A DNA stretch of 64,000 nucleotides from Botryllus schlosseri (Eukaryota), in NCBI GenBank assembly GCA_051294905.1, contig CM119376.1:8494001-8558000 (forward strand), in the 5' to 3' direction. Of the stretch, positions 1 to 12,732 are shown piece by piece. How positions within the stretch are numbered: position 1 is the stretch's first letter; every line of letters starts with the position of its first letter. Under the pieces are notes generated by a model, which saw only the letters and a program-made list of their open reading frames with translations, was not told the origin of the DNA and made no database searches. A program made the position numbers and the translations under genes.

Positions 1-23
1 GGTGATCTGTGAATTGGTCTTCC

Positions 24-170
24 GTGACGTGTCGTGATCCTGTCATTAAGCTGTTGGCTATCGTTTGCATGTGTTTGTTGTCGCTATGATGTGCCAACGC
101 ATATCTTGAGGCGATGCGATGCGAACCTGACGTCAATCATAATGTCACGTCATGGCGGGTCATCTATAAA
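24..170 (+). promoter_or_regulatory. Candidate CRE/ATF + TATA core promoter of the LRR gene
   Basis: Perfect TGACGTCA at 128-135, TGACG half-sites at ~25 and ~148 (reverse), TATAAA at 165-170. A plausible non-coding exon ends at donor CAG|GTGCGG (250), and acceptor ttcatcaag| (470) lies 17 nt before the ATG at 487. Confidence 0.55.
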
Positions 171-486
171 TTTAGGTGTAATCTGGAAATTATCCCACTT
201 TAATTTCTTGGAACTGTGATCTTTGCGACTCGACAAAATAAAACCATCAGGTGCGGGTGTAGTCAGTCGGACACAGATATTTCTTGGTCACTGTTGTGGA
301 ATAGAGGAAACATCGTTATGAAGGATTTGATTAGAAGTGATGAAGTTATCTACATTTAAAAGTCTTGCGATTTCAACTGAAACAAATAAACGGCGAGTGT
401 TCGGCCCAAAATTTCAAGGTAATCCTATACATATTGTCAGCAGAATTATATAAATATATTCATTCATCAAGTATTATACCGACAAA

Positions 487-3400
487 ATGATCTGCGACAG
501 AGTATTGCACGTGGTCATATTTTTGATTGCAACAACATCGTCAACGGATACAGGTAAGTGTACAAGTTCCATTTCACTGCCGTATGAGTAAGAACATCCC
601 TGAAGGGGCAATGAATTTCTACAAACCTCAGTCTCATTTTGATAAGTATCGATAAATTGACTTCGCCTTTTCTGTAAGCCATTCTTTCATTAGTCGCTTC
701 AGTCACATATCGTCATCGGCGAGATTGCAATCAGTGATTTTAACATTCAAGGAAATCCTATCACTGAGACATTGTTATCACGATAACCCTATTTGTAGTA
801 ACGAAGAAATGAGCCTTGAGTCGTTCAAACTCCTAGTGCGATATACTGGTATGATTTGCTAGCTATTCCCGAAGCAGAGGCAATATCCACCCGTGAAAAT
901 ATTTAAGTAATAGTTACATTTTACAGCCTATTGTTCTATAAATTCATTGTCATTCTTCTTCTGTTTTAGATAGGAAATGTAGACGGTACGAAATGACTTC
1001 GTCTCCCGTCAAAAAGTCGGCTGGTGGTACAGACAGAGTGATGGTTCGCTGCGACGGACGCAAATTGACGCAACTAACATCTGCCTTCCTTTACGAGACA
1101 TTGGTTGGTCCGCCAACGCCAGTGGAAGGTTTGAGATGTTTTAGCTGTTGTTTTGGTAAAACTTTAGGTAGCACGGCAACTGTATACCAACAAAAAATGG
1201 TACCCGAGTAAAAGTGTTTAAGAAACACCGATATGGACGATATTATTTATATTTTTCACGGTGTTTTTTGTCAGATAATTGTGATATGAATGTTAGATAA
1301 GCGATTCAAAAACTCATAAGATGAAATAACACAGTTTCATCGAGCACGGCATCACGTAAGTTGACCTTTAGATCATACGTAATTGGCATGCCGGTGTAAA
1401 CACTGCAAGCCATCTTTTGTGATCAAGGAACGCTTTTCTCCTCCCTTGGACGTGCTGCATGTACGCAATTTCCGATTTTCATTGCTTAAAAGGTGAATTA
1501 ATCAATAGTGTCACAATAGAATGACGTCGGACATTTATAAGCTCACAGTAAATTATGGCTTCTTTTGGCCTGAAATATATTCATCCCCGACTTGTTACTA
1601 TATACGAGATATAAGGATAACTGTGCAGAATCAGGTACTAATGAATTGTATGAACTAATGACAGTGCAAGCAGATGTTGAGGTCGGGACTGGTATATTAC
1701 ACGATGAGCCACGCACTACATCTGCCGAACCGATCTACCAGCTCAATTTACAAAACGCAGATTTGGAAACGATTCAAGATGGTGTCTTTCGTACAGTACC
1801 TACGTTAGAGGTATGTGCTTGCCGCCAATGTGTTTGGTAACAATTGTTATATGAATAGATTCCTTCTCACCAGGTGTTAAATCTAAGAATGAACAGAGTG
1901 AAGGAAATAGGGAAGCGCACATTTGAAGGACTACTCGGTCTGAAAGACTTAAACCTGGGGCGAAATGACATTGCAACAGTCGAGCCATTCTCGTTTTCCC
2001 AGCAAAACGAGCTTGTCTATTTGACATTAGCGGAGAACCACTTAGAAGAATTGAGTTATTTCACTTTCAGAGGTCTCACCAGAGTAAGACGAATGATCTT
2101 TATAAGTGTGGCGGCATTCAGATGTCCATATCTAACTGATTCTTCCTTCTTTCAGTCACAATATCTGAATTTGGAGTTGAACAACATCACCGCGTTGCGT
2201 GCCGGTACCTTTGCGGCTATGCCAAATTTGGAAAACTTGCGTCTCTCGCTGAACAGGATTAGAAAATTGGACGGAGGAATGCTCGCAGGACTTTATCGCT
2301 TGAAGCACCTGTATTTCACTTCGAATAACTTGGAGCGTATTTTGGACGGCGCATTTCGATCGAACAAAAGATTAGAATCCTTGGATTTATCGGGTAATGG
2401 TTTACCTTGAACAATCTACGGATAACTTAATTCTATTTATACCTTTTAGAATTTAGACAGACGCTCTATGATGACATGTTAAATGAGTAATATTAATAAG
2501 ACATTATTATCCATGACTAACGCGAATTTGAATTATATAATGGTTACTATTTATGGCTTTGGCATTTTACCCCCTCCCAATGTATTTTATTGACTGCCAA
2601 TGTTCAATAGTTTATACATATAGTAAAATTAAATTATATATAATATGCTGTGACTTTGTATGATTTCACTGTTTGGTTATTACCGATCTGTAAGACTACG
2701 TATTGCATCAACGTAATCGATTTCAATTAGGTTTACTTCTGAAACTCGCGATTACGACTGCGATAACGATAACACCAAACTCTACCGGGATTCGATTACG
2801 ATTAAGTGGAAAAGTGATTACCGCTATGCACGATTACTTCTAAATAGTTTTATCGAACTTGAGCCGTGGACAAATATTGGAACACAATATTACGGTTTAG
2901 ATGAGGCTGGTCCATGCGATGACAAATTTTTGAAAATTATCTTGTCATTTGCTTTTAGCGTCGCAACATGTCCGTTGAATAAGATACGTCGGGTTCAATC
3001 AGTCAATAGACGTCAGATTATATTTTCATCTGATCAAGACACACACAATGTACAATGCGATAAGGTGCAATGGGATGTAATGAACAGATAGGATGATGCC
3101 GAACGACCAGTTGCGGTATCTTAAACTAGCATCCACCTCGACCTAGTGCCCGGTGGCACAGATCTCTTTCGAAGTTACTCTCTATTCCGCGGCTCTTTAT
3201 TTGCTCTTTCCATTCTTTGTGAGTGCGTTCTTTCATCGCGTCTTTTTCCGGGCTTTTGTCGCCGTCAGAACAGCGACACGTGGGAAGATAAGCTACTATG
3301 CTAACTCCCCCGCTGGTTATTTCTTGTTGAGTTTACACCTTAGTCCTCTTAGGACTAAGTTTTGAAGTAGTCGTCCATTTGCAACCCAATCGATTCTACA

Positions 3401-4129
3401 CGCAAAATTTTCGATGACGATCACTTCGGAATTTCTCAAATGGAATCCAGTACGATTGCGTGAAAAGAGAACGCCCTGTTTTATTGAACCTGAGTTAATA
3501 TTATTAATCCAAGATATTTCAGTGACACTTATAGCCTTTTTAGGTCTTGTGCATCACTACGATATTTGTTGTGTAGGCTGATCGACTCTGCATATTTCAG
3601 TATCTTTAATATTTTCAATTGTCGTAGGAAACCAGTTAACGACAATCAACTCAGCTACTTTCGATGGCCTGAAAAACTTGCGTCGTCTATCACTCAGTAA
3701 TAATAAAATCGTTCACATTGATGACGTAGCCTTTCAAAAGATGCCTTTATTACGGGAGTTGGATCTTTCTCATAATGGTGAGTCAATATTAACAATTGTT
3801 TTGCTAGAAACACTAACATGTTTGCTTCTGCCTCTCAGAAATGAAAACATTATCGAGAGGTATGTTTATGGGTTTGGTGAACTTGAACTATTTTTATGCG
3901 GAATCGAATCAACTTGGCGAAACAGGATCGCTCTCTAAAGAAACCGATTCATATCAGCGCTTAGTAAGTCTTCAAACATTGACGATAAAAAAAGATAGTA
4001 ATATTACATAATATATACTCTTTCTTTGAGCAGACTGAAGCGTTGTCACTTCTCTGTAGAAAACGTGGGATGCATTTTGTTAATCTTCGCAACAACGGCC
4101 TGTCGACATATTTGAAGGTGAAGTTATGA
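487..4129 (+). CDS. Secreted leucine-rich-repeat protein, ~446 aa, ~11-12 typical-class LRRs, multi-exon
   Basis: Phase-consistent GT-AG model: 487-553 (signal peptide MICDRVLHVVIFLIATTSSTDT), 735-848, 970-1128, 1629-1810, 1874-2083, 2156-2393, 3628-3777, 3839-3963, 4034-4129; total 1341 nt. Repeats LxxLxLxxNxIxxIxxxxF, e.g. LKDLNLGRNDI, LENLRLSLNRI, LRRLSLSNNKI, LRELDLSHN. LRRNT-like VRCDGRKLTQL. Exon 3/4 boundaries and the last exon are less certain. Confidence 0.85.
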
Positions 4130-4505
4130 GATCATAAATAGTACCTTGCGGTGCGATGCCGTACACAAACTGTGACCCATGACTTGCAGATATGGCCGGT
4201 CCTATATCCAATACAAATATAATAATTGCGAAATTTGTTCCAAAGTCGCATGTATATTGAAATGTATCTAATTCGAAATCCAATTCCAGCTTCAAGATAA
4301 TCGTAAATCCATATCCGATCCAAATTCTGCCGGAATCGTCAAATCCAGAGTTTTTCAACCCAAATCCATGCTTATTTGCTTTTATGCTCAATTGCTCATC
4401 TCCGATGACTTGTAGTTAATAAGTTATTGAATCTCTAGCACGATCTAGCGACTTGATATTGCGCTGCCTCTGAAAACTAATTCTGTTCATGGAAGTACCC
4501 TTGGC

Positions 4506-6373
4506 CAGCGGTCCCCAAACTATTGTTTTTCACGACGCACTTTGAAAACGTATTATCAATCGCGACGCTGCTAATAAATAATTTATAATAATAGCAATTT
4601 GACAAAGTTCAATATAAGCCGTCATTATACAGGGATATTTAGATATCCTTGACAATAAATATGTAACCACAAAATATTGTTCACTCAAAACGGCCATTAC
4701 TGAAATAATTTACTGTAATTCAGCAATTTGGCTGATGATTTTACCCCGTATAACACCGCGGCATTATGTGGAATATTGCATACGGATTACGACGTGATGT
4801 CAATTCGATCATACATTGAGCTGATAGAAATTGCTAATAATAACGAACTCAAGACAGCTGTTGCCGTTGAAACACACGCTTTGCAGAAGTAGGATGAGCA
4901 ACATCAAATAGTACGGAGATCTCAACGTCCTTTGGTCAAATTTCATATCGATCCTTAACGCTAAATGAATCGCTGGCGTAGTCAGGCGGGCGAAATTTTT
5001 CGTAAATCAATATAAGGTTTAGTATTTTTGAGCATATGACTATAACTCGAAATGTTTCTTCTCGTTTCGCGCGAAATATAGTTTCAGCAGTTTTTTTTTA
5101 TTGCTGAGTACCAATGTTCCGTCTAATTTTCCACGAGTCTGCGCGCACTCACCAACTCATTGTGCGGCCCCTTGGCCAACAGTGCGAAACGACTAAAAAA
5201 AAAGGTCATCACTTCGGATTTTTTGTGCGCAGCTTAGATTTTCTGTGAGCATAGACCGAGTCAGCACTGCACAATTGCGCACGTGCGCAGCTGAGAGTAG
5301 CCTCTTCTCGATAAATCAAAATCAAGAAATAGGCCAATGTACCGAATTGAATATAAGTGTATTCGTGGGTCCTGCCAGCTTTTCGGCGCCAAAAAGACAC
5401 GCCAAGACAGATAGGATTGCATTTAAAACAAAGAACTTTAAAAAAATTGTGTTTTTTTAAGTTGTAAAATTATGCCATAATTGTGTAAATACTTTCCAAA
5501 AACTTGTTGTATGAGCCTACGGACAATCACCAGCCGATAGAGCTGACGTATGCGATATGGGATGGTTGGAATCCTGAAAATAGTCGGTCCAACAGCAATA
5601 GTCCGTAGATATTTCGTCAAATGATCTATATTTACCCTATATTTTCAATTGTCAATCCACTATGACATCACAATATACTATTCGTGATGTATTGGCTTAA
5701 AAACAATAAAAAACATGTTTTAAACAAGGGCGACGAGCATATAGGCAATAAATGTGAATTGAATTGAATAAATGCAAATTGGGAATCGTGCGCATCTCAC
5801 CAAAGACCAAGTTTCCCTTTTATTTGGTTGTGATACGTGTGCGCGATCTTTTGAGTGGTGACAACTTTCTCCGAAGGTCACGAAGGGGACGAAGCCCCCC
5901 AGGCCCCAGGAGTGGGGAGTGGGGTGTCCAAGACAATTGCGAGTAACAATATTATTGACCAAATTCATCCATTAGCTTTGAAAATTTTCGCGCTTGTCGC
6001 GGAAGTTGAGGCACTCTGATATTCCTTAACATTATGTAGGTGGGTGTTTTAATTTGTTTGAAAAAAGTATTGCGGAATGTGGTATTTTCTGCATGCATGT
6101 GTAAGGTGTATTTTATATCTATATCAAGCAGTTAATTTATTACTTTGGTGGTTCTACTACTGGATAAGATGAAACCCCTACGGCCTACAGTCCTACACCT
6201 ACAGCTACACTAAAGCGCAGACTTTAGACAAGGGAAGTGGCCATCCGCCGACTTACTATTAGTTGAATATGCTGCGTTTGCAGTCTCTTAACACACTACA
6301 GAAGAAGCATGAGAATGCAACAACTTACACATGTCTCCGCGACGCCTATGGCCTCCCAGTTCGGGAGCCGCTG
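4506..6373. mobile_element. Non-autonomous hAT (Charlie/Buster-like) element, old
   Basis: Ends CAGCGGTCCCCAAAC and GTTCGGGAGCCGCTG are imperfect TIRs. Flanks CCCTTGGC / CCCTAGTC give a 6/8 TSD match. Confidence 0.5.
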
Positions 6374-6996
6374 CCCTAGTCACATAAACCGCCGTACTTG
6401 TTATTTCAAGATGCGCTAAACTAATTAACTCGCTGACTACTGTGATCTAAATCGACTCTAGATAATATTTTTCAATCTATTGTAAATGTGATGCGATATC
6501 GAGAACCTGATATGTTTTGAGAGCATAGACGGACGAAGTCGTTTCATTTACAGCAGTGGTTCTTAACCTTTTTTCCTCCAGCGCCCCCTTTCAAAACTTT
6601 CCGTGCTCTAGCGCCCCCCTCCCACCCCATATTTTAAAGACTGTAATAAAAACAATGGGTAAGAGGACGGGCCGTAACAGCACTTCGTCTGCCTCCTGGG
6701 CCCCAATAGTATATGTGGGGCTTTCCCCCAAGACCCCCGCGTTGCGTGATTTCGATGTTGAGCAAAGTTTTATGTGGCCTGGTCGCCCAGAAAGTTTTTT
6801 ATAATGGATGAATAAATCGGTCAAAAATATTCGTAATTACATGTATATATATCGCTATAATTTTTTATCCTTCACCGGTAGAGTTGAATTAGCTGTTGTC
6901 TTGGAAAATGTAGGGCACGTAATTAATAATTAAACATATTCGGACGGGCCCGTTGGTGCAATTACTTCGTTGCATGTTGTTATTTTGTGACCTCCT

Positions 6997-7528
6997 CAGG
7001 GTTGTAACCAAGTCACAAGGCTCCGAGTCACAAGTCAATCTCACTTTTATATTTTTGACTCGAGTCAAGTCGAGTCATTTTCAATTCCCACCGAGTCAAG
7101 TCCGAGTCCAAGTCAGCGAACAGAGGATCGAGTCCGAGTCATGGTATTATGACTCGAGTCCGAGTCCAAGTCATTGTGTTGACTGCTCAATTTCCAGTTA
7201 AAGTCTACCTAAACCCACTTTTTTTTAACTCTGTTTGGTGATATTGAATAGTTCGCATTTATAATATATCAATTTTCCTCACTTTTAGCAGTTTCTGGTC
7301 GCATTTTCAACACCAGTACCAACAAACGAAATCCCAATAGTGGCCGTCTGAATCTCGAGTCAATGACTTGCTTCGAGTCATGCGCAATGACTCGAGTCCA
7401 AGTCGAGTCAATACACAGATTGACTCGAGTCGAGTCGAGTCATTTCCGTATTTTGAGAAAATGACTCGAGTCGAGTCGAGTCATCTGAAAATCGTGCCTC
7501 GAGTCTGACTCGAGTCATTACAACCCTG
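6997..7528 (-). mobile_element. MITE derivative of the GACTCGAGTC hAT family
   Basis: CAGGGTTGTAA TIRs. Both ends match the ends of 8130-10828 in reverse orientation. Only a 6-bp flank match (CCTCCT). Confidence 0.85.
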
Positions 7529-8129
7529 CCTCCTATCCGCTGGCTATATAGTCAAAAGATATTGAAATCGCATAAAGGTACAGTACTAAACTAAAATATG
7601 CACACGATTCGAAATTGATATTACTTATGGCAAATAATTTTTATTTGCTGGATGTTATTTGTCCTGTGGGGTTCAGATTGTCACGACATGATAATTCGGC
7701 ACGAGCCATTTATACACCTATGGACAATTAGACATATTTATATCTAAATTTACGGTGAACATGAGGGCAATTCTTTTTAGCAAATGTTTTTTCGCTGACG
7801 ATGTTTTGGCACACCTCTCGGAGTCCCATATTGGCCGAAACTTCATGTGTCTTTGTGCATCGTGGCGTGGTAATAGCCGACGCCGAAATGCCTACTTATA
7901 TTTTCGATGAATAATGCGTATATTTTCGTTGTGGATGGGAACCTAATAATTTAAAATTAGGCAACGGTAATTCGCGCGCAGTGCGAAATAAAAGTAAAAA
8001 ACTTGTATAGATCGTCAAAAATTGATGAGTAAATTTTGAGAGAACATATGTAGCAAACATCGTCGAAAAATTCAGAGATTTCACATTTTGTCGAATCTTA
8101 ATTTGCTCTGAAAACTCGTTAATGATATG

Positions 8130-10828
8130 CAGGGTTGTAATGACTCGAGTCATGACTCGACTCGAGTCAGACTCGAGTCACGTTTTTTTTGTGACTCGAC
8201 TTGACTCGAGTCATTTTCTTGAAATGGGAAAATGACTCGACTCGACTCGAGTCAATATTTGAATTGACTCGACTTGTACTCGAGTCATTACGCATGACTC
8301 GACCCAAGTCAATGACTCGGCTTATTTTATATGACTTGAAGATGAATAAATTTGCGAATCGTAATGGCTAGTTCAACACATCTGACGAATTCTGCCGACA
8401 TCGCTATTTGTCACCACTACTTTCGTTGCACTCGTCTGATATCAGATATGCCGCCGCAAAAACAACAGACAATGGTACCATAGTGTCCTATATGGTGTCG
8501 ACACAACCAAATCTCACGCCCCAAAGAATTGATTCACGTCACAATTTCGATTTGGCAACAGGCAATTTTAAGGTCATTTTTGACCGGCTTGGCGAGCATT
8601 AAATTTGGTAAAACGGGTATCAATCGAAAGCTGACTCCGCACTGATTACGAAAATATAAATGTTATTCCGCTCGTGGCCCTGGAACCCCCACAATCAGCC
8701 TCGAATTTTTCATTGTTATGGAGATCGGCATTGGGACGCAATAATGCTGTCTGGCTCTTTTGCTCTTGAGCTACCCTCTCGTTTCGCCAGACAGCATTGT
8801 TGCGTCCCAATGCCAATCAGGGTAGTACCAACTACCAACCCTGCTCTCCCTCTCACTCTACAACCATGCAATTAGGCACACTATCACTGTCAATTACTTG
8901 CGCGCATTAGTGGAGGCATTGAAAAATTCTATTTTAAAGCGTTTTGCAGGAGTGTTTGTAAATGTGAACATGATCACAACTGATGAGTCTTTGGATTGGC
9001 CTATCGGTAATCCCAAACCGTTTGGTGACACCATCTTCTTCACATCATGCGTGTTCGATCCGAAATTTGCTTTCCATTAGCTTATGGATCTAAATTGCTC
9101 AGAACAATCCCGAATTGCACTGCGGCAGAAAATAATCGAGTTGATGATGACTGAGCCTGACACTCATTCATACAGGATCACCAGTCAAGGTACAAAATCA
9201 TCAGACGAAGAGGTACTAGATCCTCCGCAATCAAAGTACTTGAGACTTTTCAATTATACAAGCAAACAATCGAAGCAAAGTTCAATTAGACCCAACGCAA
9301 TGACTCAGATAGTCAAGTACTTGGAAGAGACTGATAAGCTCATGTGTAGATTTGAAAGCGATGATTCTTTGCATTTTTGGGCGACTCGAAAGAATGAGTA
9401 TCCTATGCTCTTCAGTGTGGTTCAAAAATGCTTATCAATTCCTCCATCTAGTGCACCAGTGGAACGTGTATTCAGTAGATGTGGATTTATTCTAAGGCCA
9501 TGCCGCTCTAATATATCTGAGGATCTCCTTTCCACTTTGATATTTTTAAAGTGTAACTCATCATTGACGTGATCTGCTGTCTGTTTTGTTAGGTATGTGC
9601 ATTGTGCATGTGAGTAATAATGAATGACTAATGCTGTGTGATATTTGTAGAATAGGACTGTTCAAAAGTAACTTCTTTTTTATTTTACTCGGTGGCTACT
9701 TGATGAAATTGTTACGTTGCATAAAAAGAACATTGAATCTGGCTCAATTTTAAAAAGTAGAATCAATGATATGATAGGAGAAAATTTTGGATTTGAAAAT
9801 AAATGAAGTATTTTTAGTGAGAAATTCTTTCATATAATATAATTACATACTAGTAGTAAGCCGACTATTTTTTCATATCCAAAATATTCTACTCTAATAA
9901 CTTCATTTCTTCTAGTTGGAATTTGCTATGAATCCTATTTTTACACAATGTAACAATATCATGAGATAGCCGGTAAAATTCGAAAATCTCTAGTTGTAAT
10001 TGGTAAAATTCGAAAATCTCTATTTGTAATTAATCTAAATTTTTTTTCATAGCATTGGTTTCTACTGGTTGGAGTTGAGCCAAATTTGATTTTTTTAGGC
10101 AATCTAACAATTTAAAGAAGTAGCCGAAAAACTTGAAAAAATGTTTTTGAACAGCCCCATTGTACAATTATTCCTCTAATGCTCTGTAGCTGCGATGCCA
10201 TTGGGAAAACCTTAAGTAATATCAAAAGGTATCTGTTTTTTGTCACTGCACAATGCACATAGCTGCATGCACGCTTTTACAGCAGGCTGGCCTGGTGTAA
10301 ATACCTCTACATAAACATGCATATGTTGATTCTCTATCAGCTGGTATCTTGACGTGAACTCGTTGGTTTTCTATCAGCAATTTATGAGCTATCGTCGATG
10401 TGCTTATCATAAAAACTGAATGCTTGAATTGGTGATGTATCAGACTGACAAGACAGATATTTGATTTTACGTTCTAACTTAGTGAAGTTATCTGTAGCAT
10501 CGGTAAATGAGGCCAGGACCTATCCGTTAACTGCCTAAATAAACACGTGCCAAAACGCTGATAGGGACAAAATGAGCATGTTTGGCAAGCTAGGAATTTG
10601 ATATCACCCAAGCAGGATTGAAAACATGAGCTGAACATGACTTCAATACTGTGACTTGGACTCGACTCGAGTCATAACACTATGACTCGGACTTGACCCT
10701 TTGAACGGTGACTTGGACTCGGACTCGAGTCGGTGATGAATTGAAAATGACTCGACTTGACTCGAGTCAAAACCACAAAAGTAAGATTGACTCGTGACTC
10801 GGAACCATGTGACTTGGTTACAACCCTG
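8130..10828 (+). mobile_element. Internally deleted hAT transposon (GACTCGAGTC subterminal repeats)
   Basis: TIR CAGGGTTGTAA, exact 8-bp TSD ATGATATG (8122-8129 / 10829-10836), transposase remnant inside. Confidence 0.93.
8898..9572 (+). pseudogene. hAT transposase C-terminal remnant including the dimerisation domain
   Basis: Two same-frame ORFs separated by one TAG (9078-9080). Motifs LKRF...FDPKF and FWATRKNEYPML...LSIPPSSAPVERVFS...LSTLIFLKCN. The N-terminal part is absent. Confidence 0.88.
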
Positions 10829-11706
10829 ATGATATGTTTTACTATACTAAACCACCTACTGCGAAACCATTTTGCTTCAGCGCCCCCGAGCGTTTCCGCC
10901 CCCTTCAAAATCCAAATCGCCACTTGGGGGGCGCTGGAGGCAAGGTTAAGAACCACTGATTCACAGTAACCGTTTTACTGGGCGCTATTATAAGAACATT
11001 GTACTTCACAGGAAGTGGATCCAAATCATTTTGGATACGATATCACAGATCCCGCACGGCACCTTTGCTCGTTCTGACTTCAAAGCAAGAGAAAAGGGAT
11101 TGAGAAGATTGACACAACCCTAGGCGTATAAACTCCGCCAAACCTTTATATCCTTATTTTGCTACGATGCTGGCTGTGGCTTTTCTACTTACTGTTACTT
11201 TCTCAATACCTGAATAAATCAAATCAAATCAGTGGTTTCCGATTTCTACTAAGCAAATTCCGTGAGGCAAGTGAAAACAGCACATCTCATGGCATGTTTG
11301 TTTATTGAAAGTAATAGTCGGAAAAGCAATTACAAAAATAGCATCGAGTAACAAAAAATACAAAAGCAATCACAATAAGCAGTTATTTACAAGTAAGCAT
11401 TTCGGATTAACGGCGTTTCCACCTCTCCACATGCATAGCAGTGCTCCCAAGCGTCAACAAAATGGGCAAGACAGCCGGTAACAAACCAAACAGTGCCACA
11501 ATATCCCGCAACAGGCGGTAACATCAACGTAAACGAGAAACTGCCAATCACAATCGTGTATCAAAATAGTTTGTGTCATAATAATGGCTCGTTGCACAGG
11601 ACTTAGAACTAGAGTTGCAGAAACGTAATAAAAGCGTTGGGCAATAGAAAATAATCAAACGCGAAATGCAATGTGGGTAAAATCATTATTCAACTTTTGC
11701 TCTAAC

Positions 11707-12732
11707 TCAGTTGTCTTCTTGGATGAAGGCATTTTCGCTTTTCAAATCAGACAGGTAATCTTTAACATTGGAAAACCCATGAAATCTGGCAAGCCCGATC
11801 AGAATCCCAGTAGCTGCCTTACCGGCTCGGTTTCTGCAAATGCTGCAGTTACAGAACCCCCTGCAAACAGGGCACGACCAGTCGGGGTCCAACAAGGCAT
11901 CGTGCACCGACTCGCCATAACGGTTTTTCAGACACGGCCCGCAAAACTGCCCCCTCACGCCGACACACTCCTTGTTCCTGCAGCACGACTTTGTGTCCAT
12001 AGTTTTCTGCCGGCACTGATGACAACTGGTGCCGTTGACAGCGTCGTACTTCTTACCGACCGAGTGTACCGCAATATTTAGCAGCATATCATCAGTAACG
12101 TCTTTCACATCGATGATCACATGCTCCTGAGCCAAAGATGATCTCGAATAAGACCTTTTTTTCTTCGGGGACAAGCAATTCAAATCGGATTTCCTTTTAG
12201 GCCCGAATCGGACTATAAGTTTGGGCTTGATGTCATCTTCGTCTTCCTTATAATTTGGATCTCCGAGTTTAGAACGTCGTCTGGTCACTGGCGGTAAACT
12301 ACGGGTGGCGTAAACTGGATTTCTACGATACGATCTCCTCGAAGATTGCAGCGTTTTGAGCGTGGATGGCGATGTAGTTGCCATTTTCTTGAATACTGCG
12401 TCGTTACGTAGGTCAGACATCAAATTTTTTAAGAGGCTGCGCCTTTCTTTCATTGCATTTTCGCGTTGGCTGGTGGCTTCCTCGTAATCCGAATCCGAGA
12501 GAATATCGGAATCAGAACCTGAATCTAATTCCCGGCCGCTGCTCCCGTATCCTGACGTCTTCGCGTTGCTGTCCTGGCTGCAAATTTCCAATTCTACAGG
12601 GTCACTCGAGAAGGGCTTGCTGGTAATTCCGTCGATTTCGGAATCGGAAAATCCAAGAAATTCATCAGTTTCATCTTCGGTTTCAGTAAAAATGTTCTGC
12701 AACTTTGTGCGCGATTCAGATTCGTAGTCCAT
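11707..12732 (-). CDS. CDCA7: CDCA7/CDCA7L-family zf-4CXXC_R1 protein, 341 aa, CDS without introns
   Basis: C-terminal SCHQCRQKT...CRNKEC...GQFCGPCLKNRYGE...WSCPVCRGFCNCSICR...ATGIL is the 4CXXC_R1 finger. Central RENAMKERRSLLKNLMSDL resembles the HELLS-binding helix. N-terminal acidic DEFLGF motif. Probable 5'UTR intron (acceptor ttttag 6 nt before ATG, donor near 12944). Confidence 0.95.
   Translation of the reverse strand: MDYESESRTKLQNIFTETEDETDEFLGFSDSEIDGITSKPFSSDPVELEICSQDSNAKTSGYGSSGRELDSGSDSDILSDSDYEEATSQRENAMKERRSLLKNLMSDLRNDAVFKKMATTSPSTLKTLQSSRRSYRRNPVYATRSLPPVTRRRSKLGDPNYKEDEDDIKPKLIVRFGPKRKSDLNCLSPKKKRSYSRSSLAQEHVIIDVKDVTDDMLLNIAVHSVGKKYDAVNGTSCHQCRQKTMDTKSCCRNKECVGVRGQFCGPCLKNRYGESVHDALLDPDWSCPVCRGFCNCSICRNRAGKAATGILIGLARFHGFSNVKDYLSDLKSENAFIQEDN

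Larger units (their letters stand above)
6554..10958. mobile_element. hAT MITE (CAGTGGTTCTTAACCT TIR) hosting two nested insertions
   Basis: 16-bp perfect TIR followed by CTCCAGCGCCCCC at both ends. Flanks ATTTACAG / ATTCACAG (7/8 TSD). About 1.17 kb remains once the inner elements are removed. Confidence 0.8.

Noticed and set aside
6997-8330. Regular short repeats here and at 15.3-15.5, 20.6, 22.0 and 60.8 kb that could be taken for a CRISPR array
   Set aside because: They are transposon subterminal repeats without unique spacers, in eukaryotic DNA with no cas genes.
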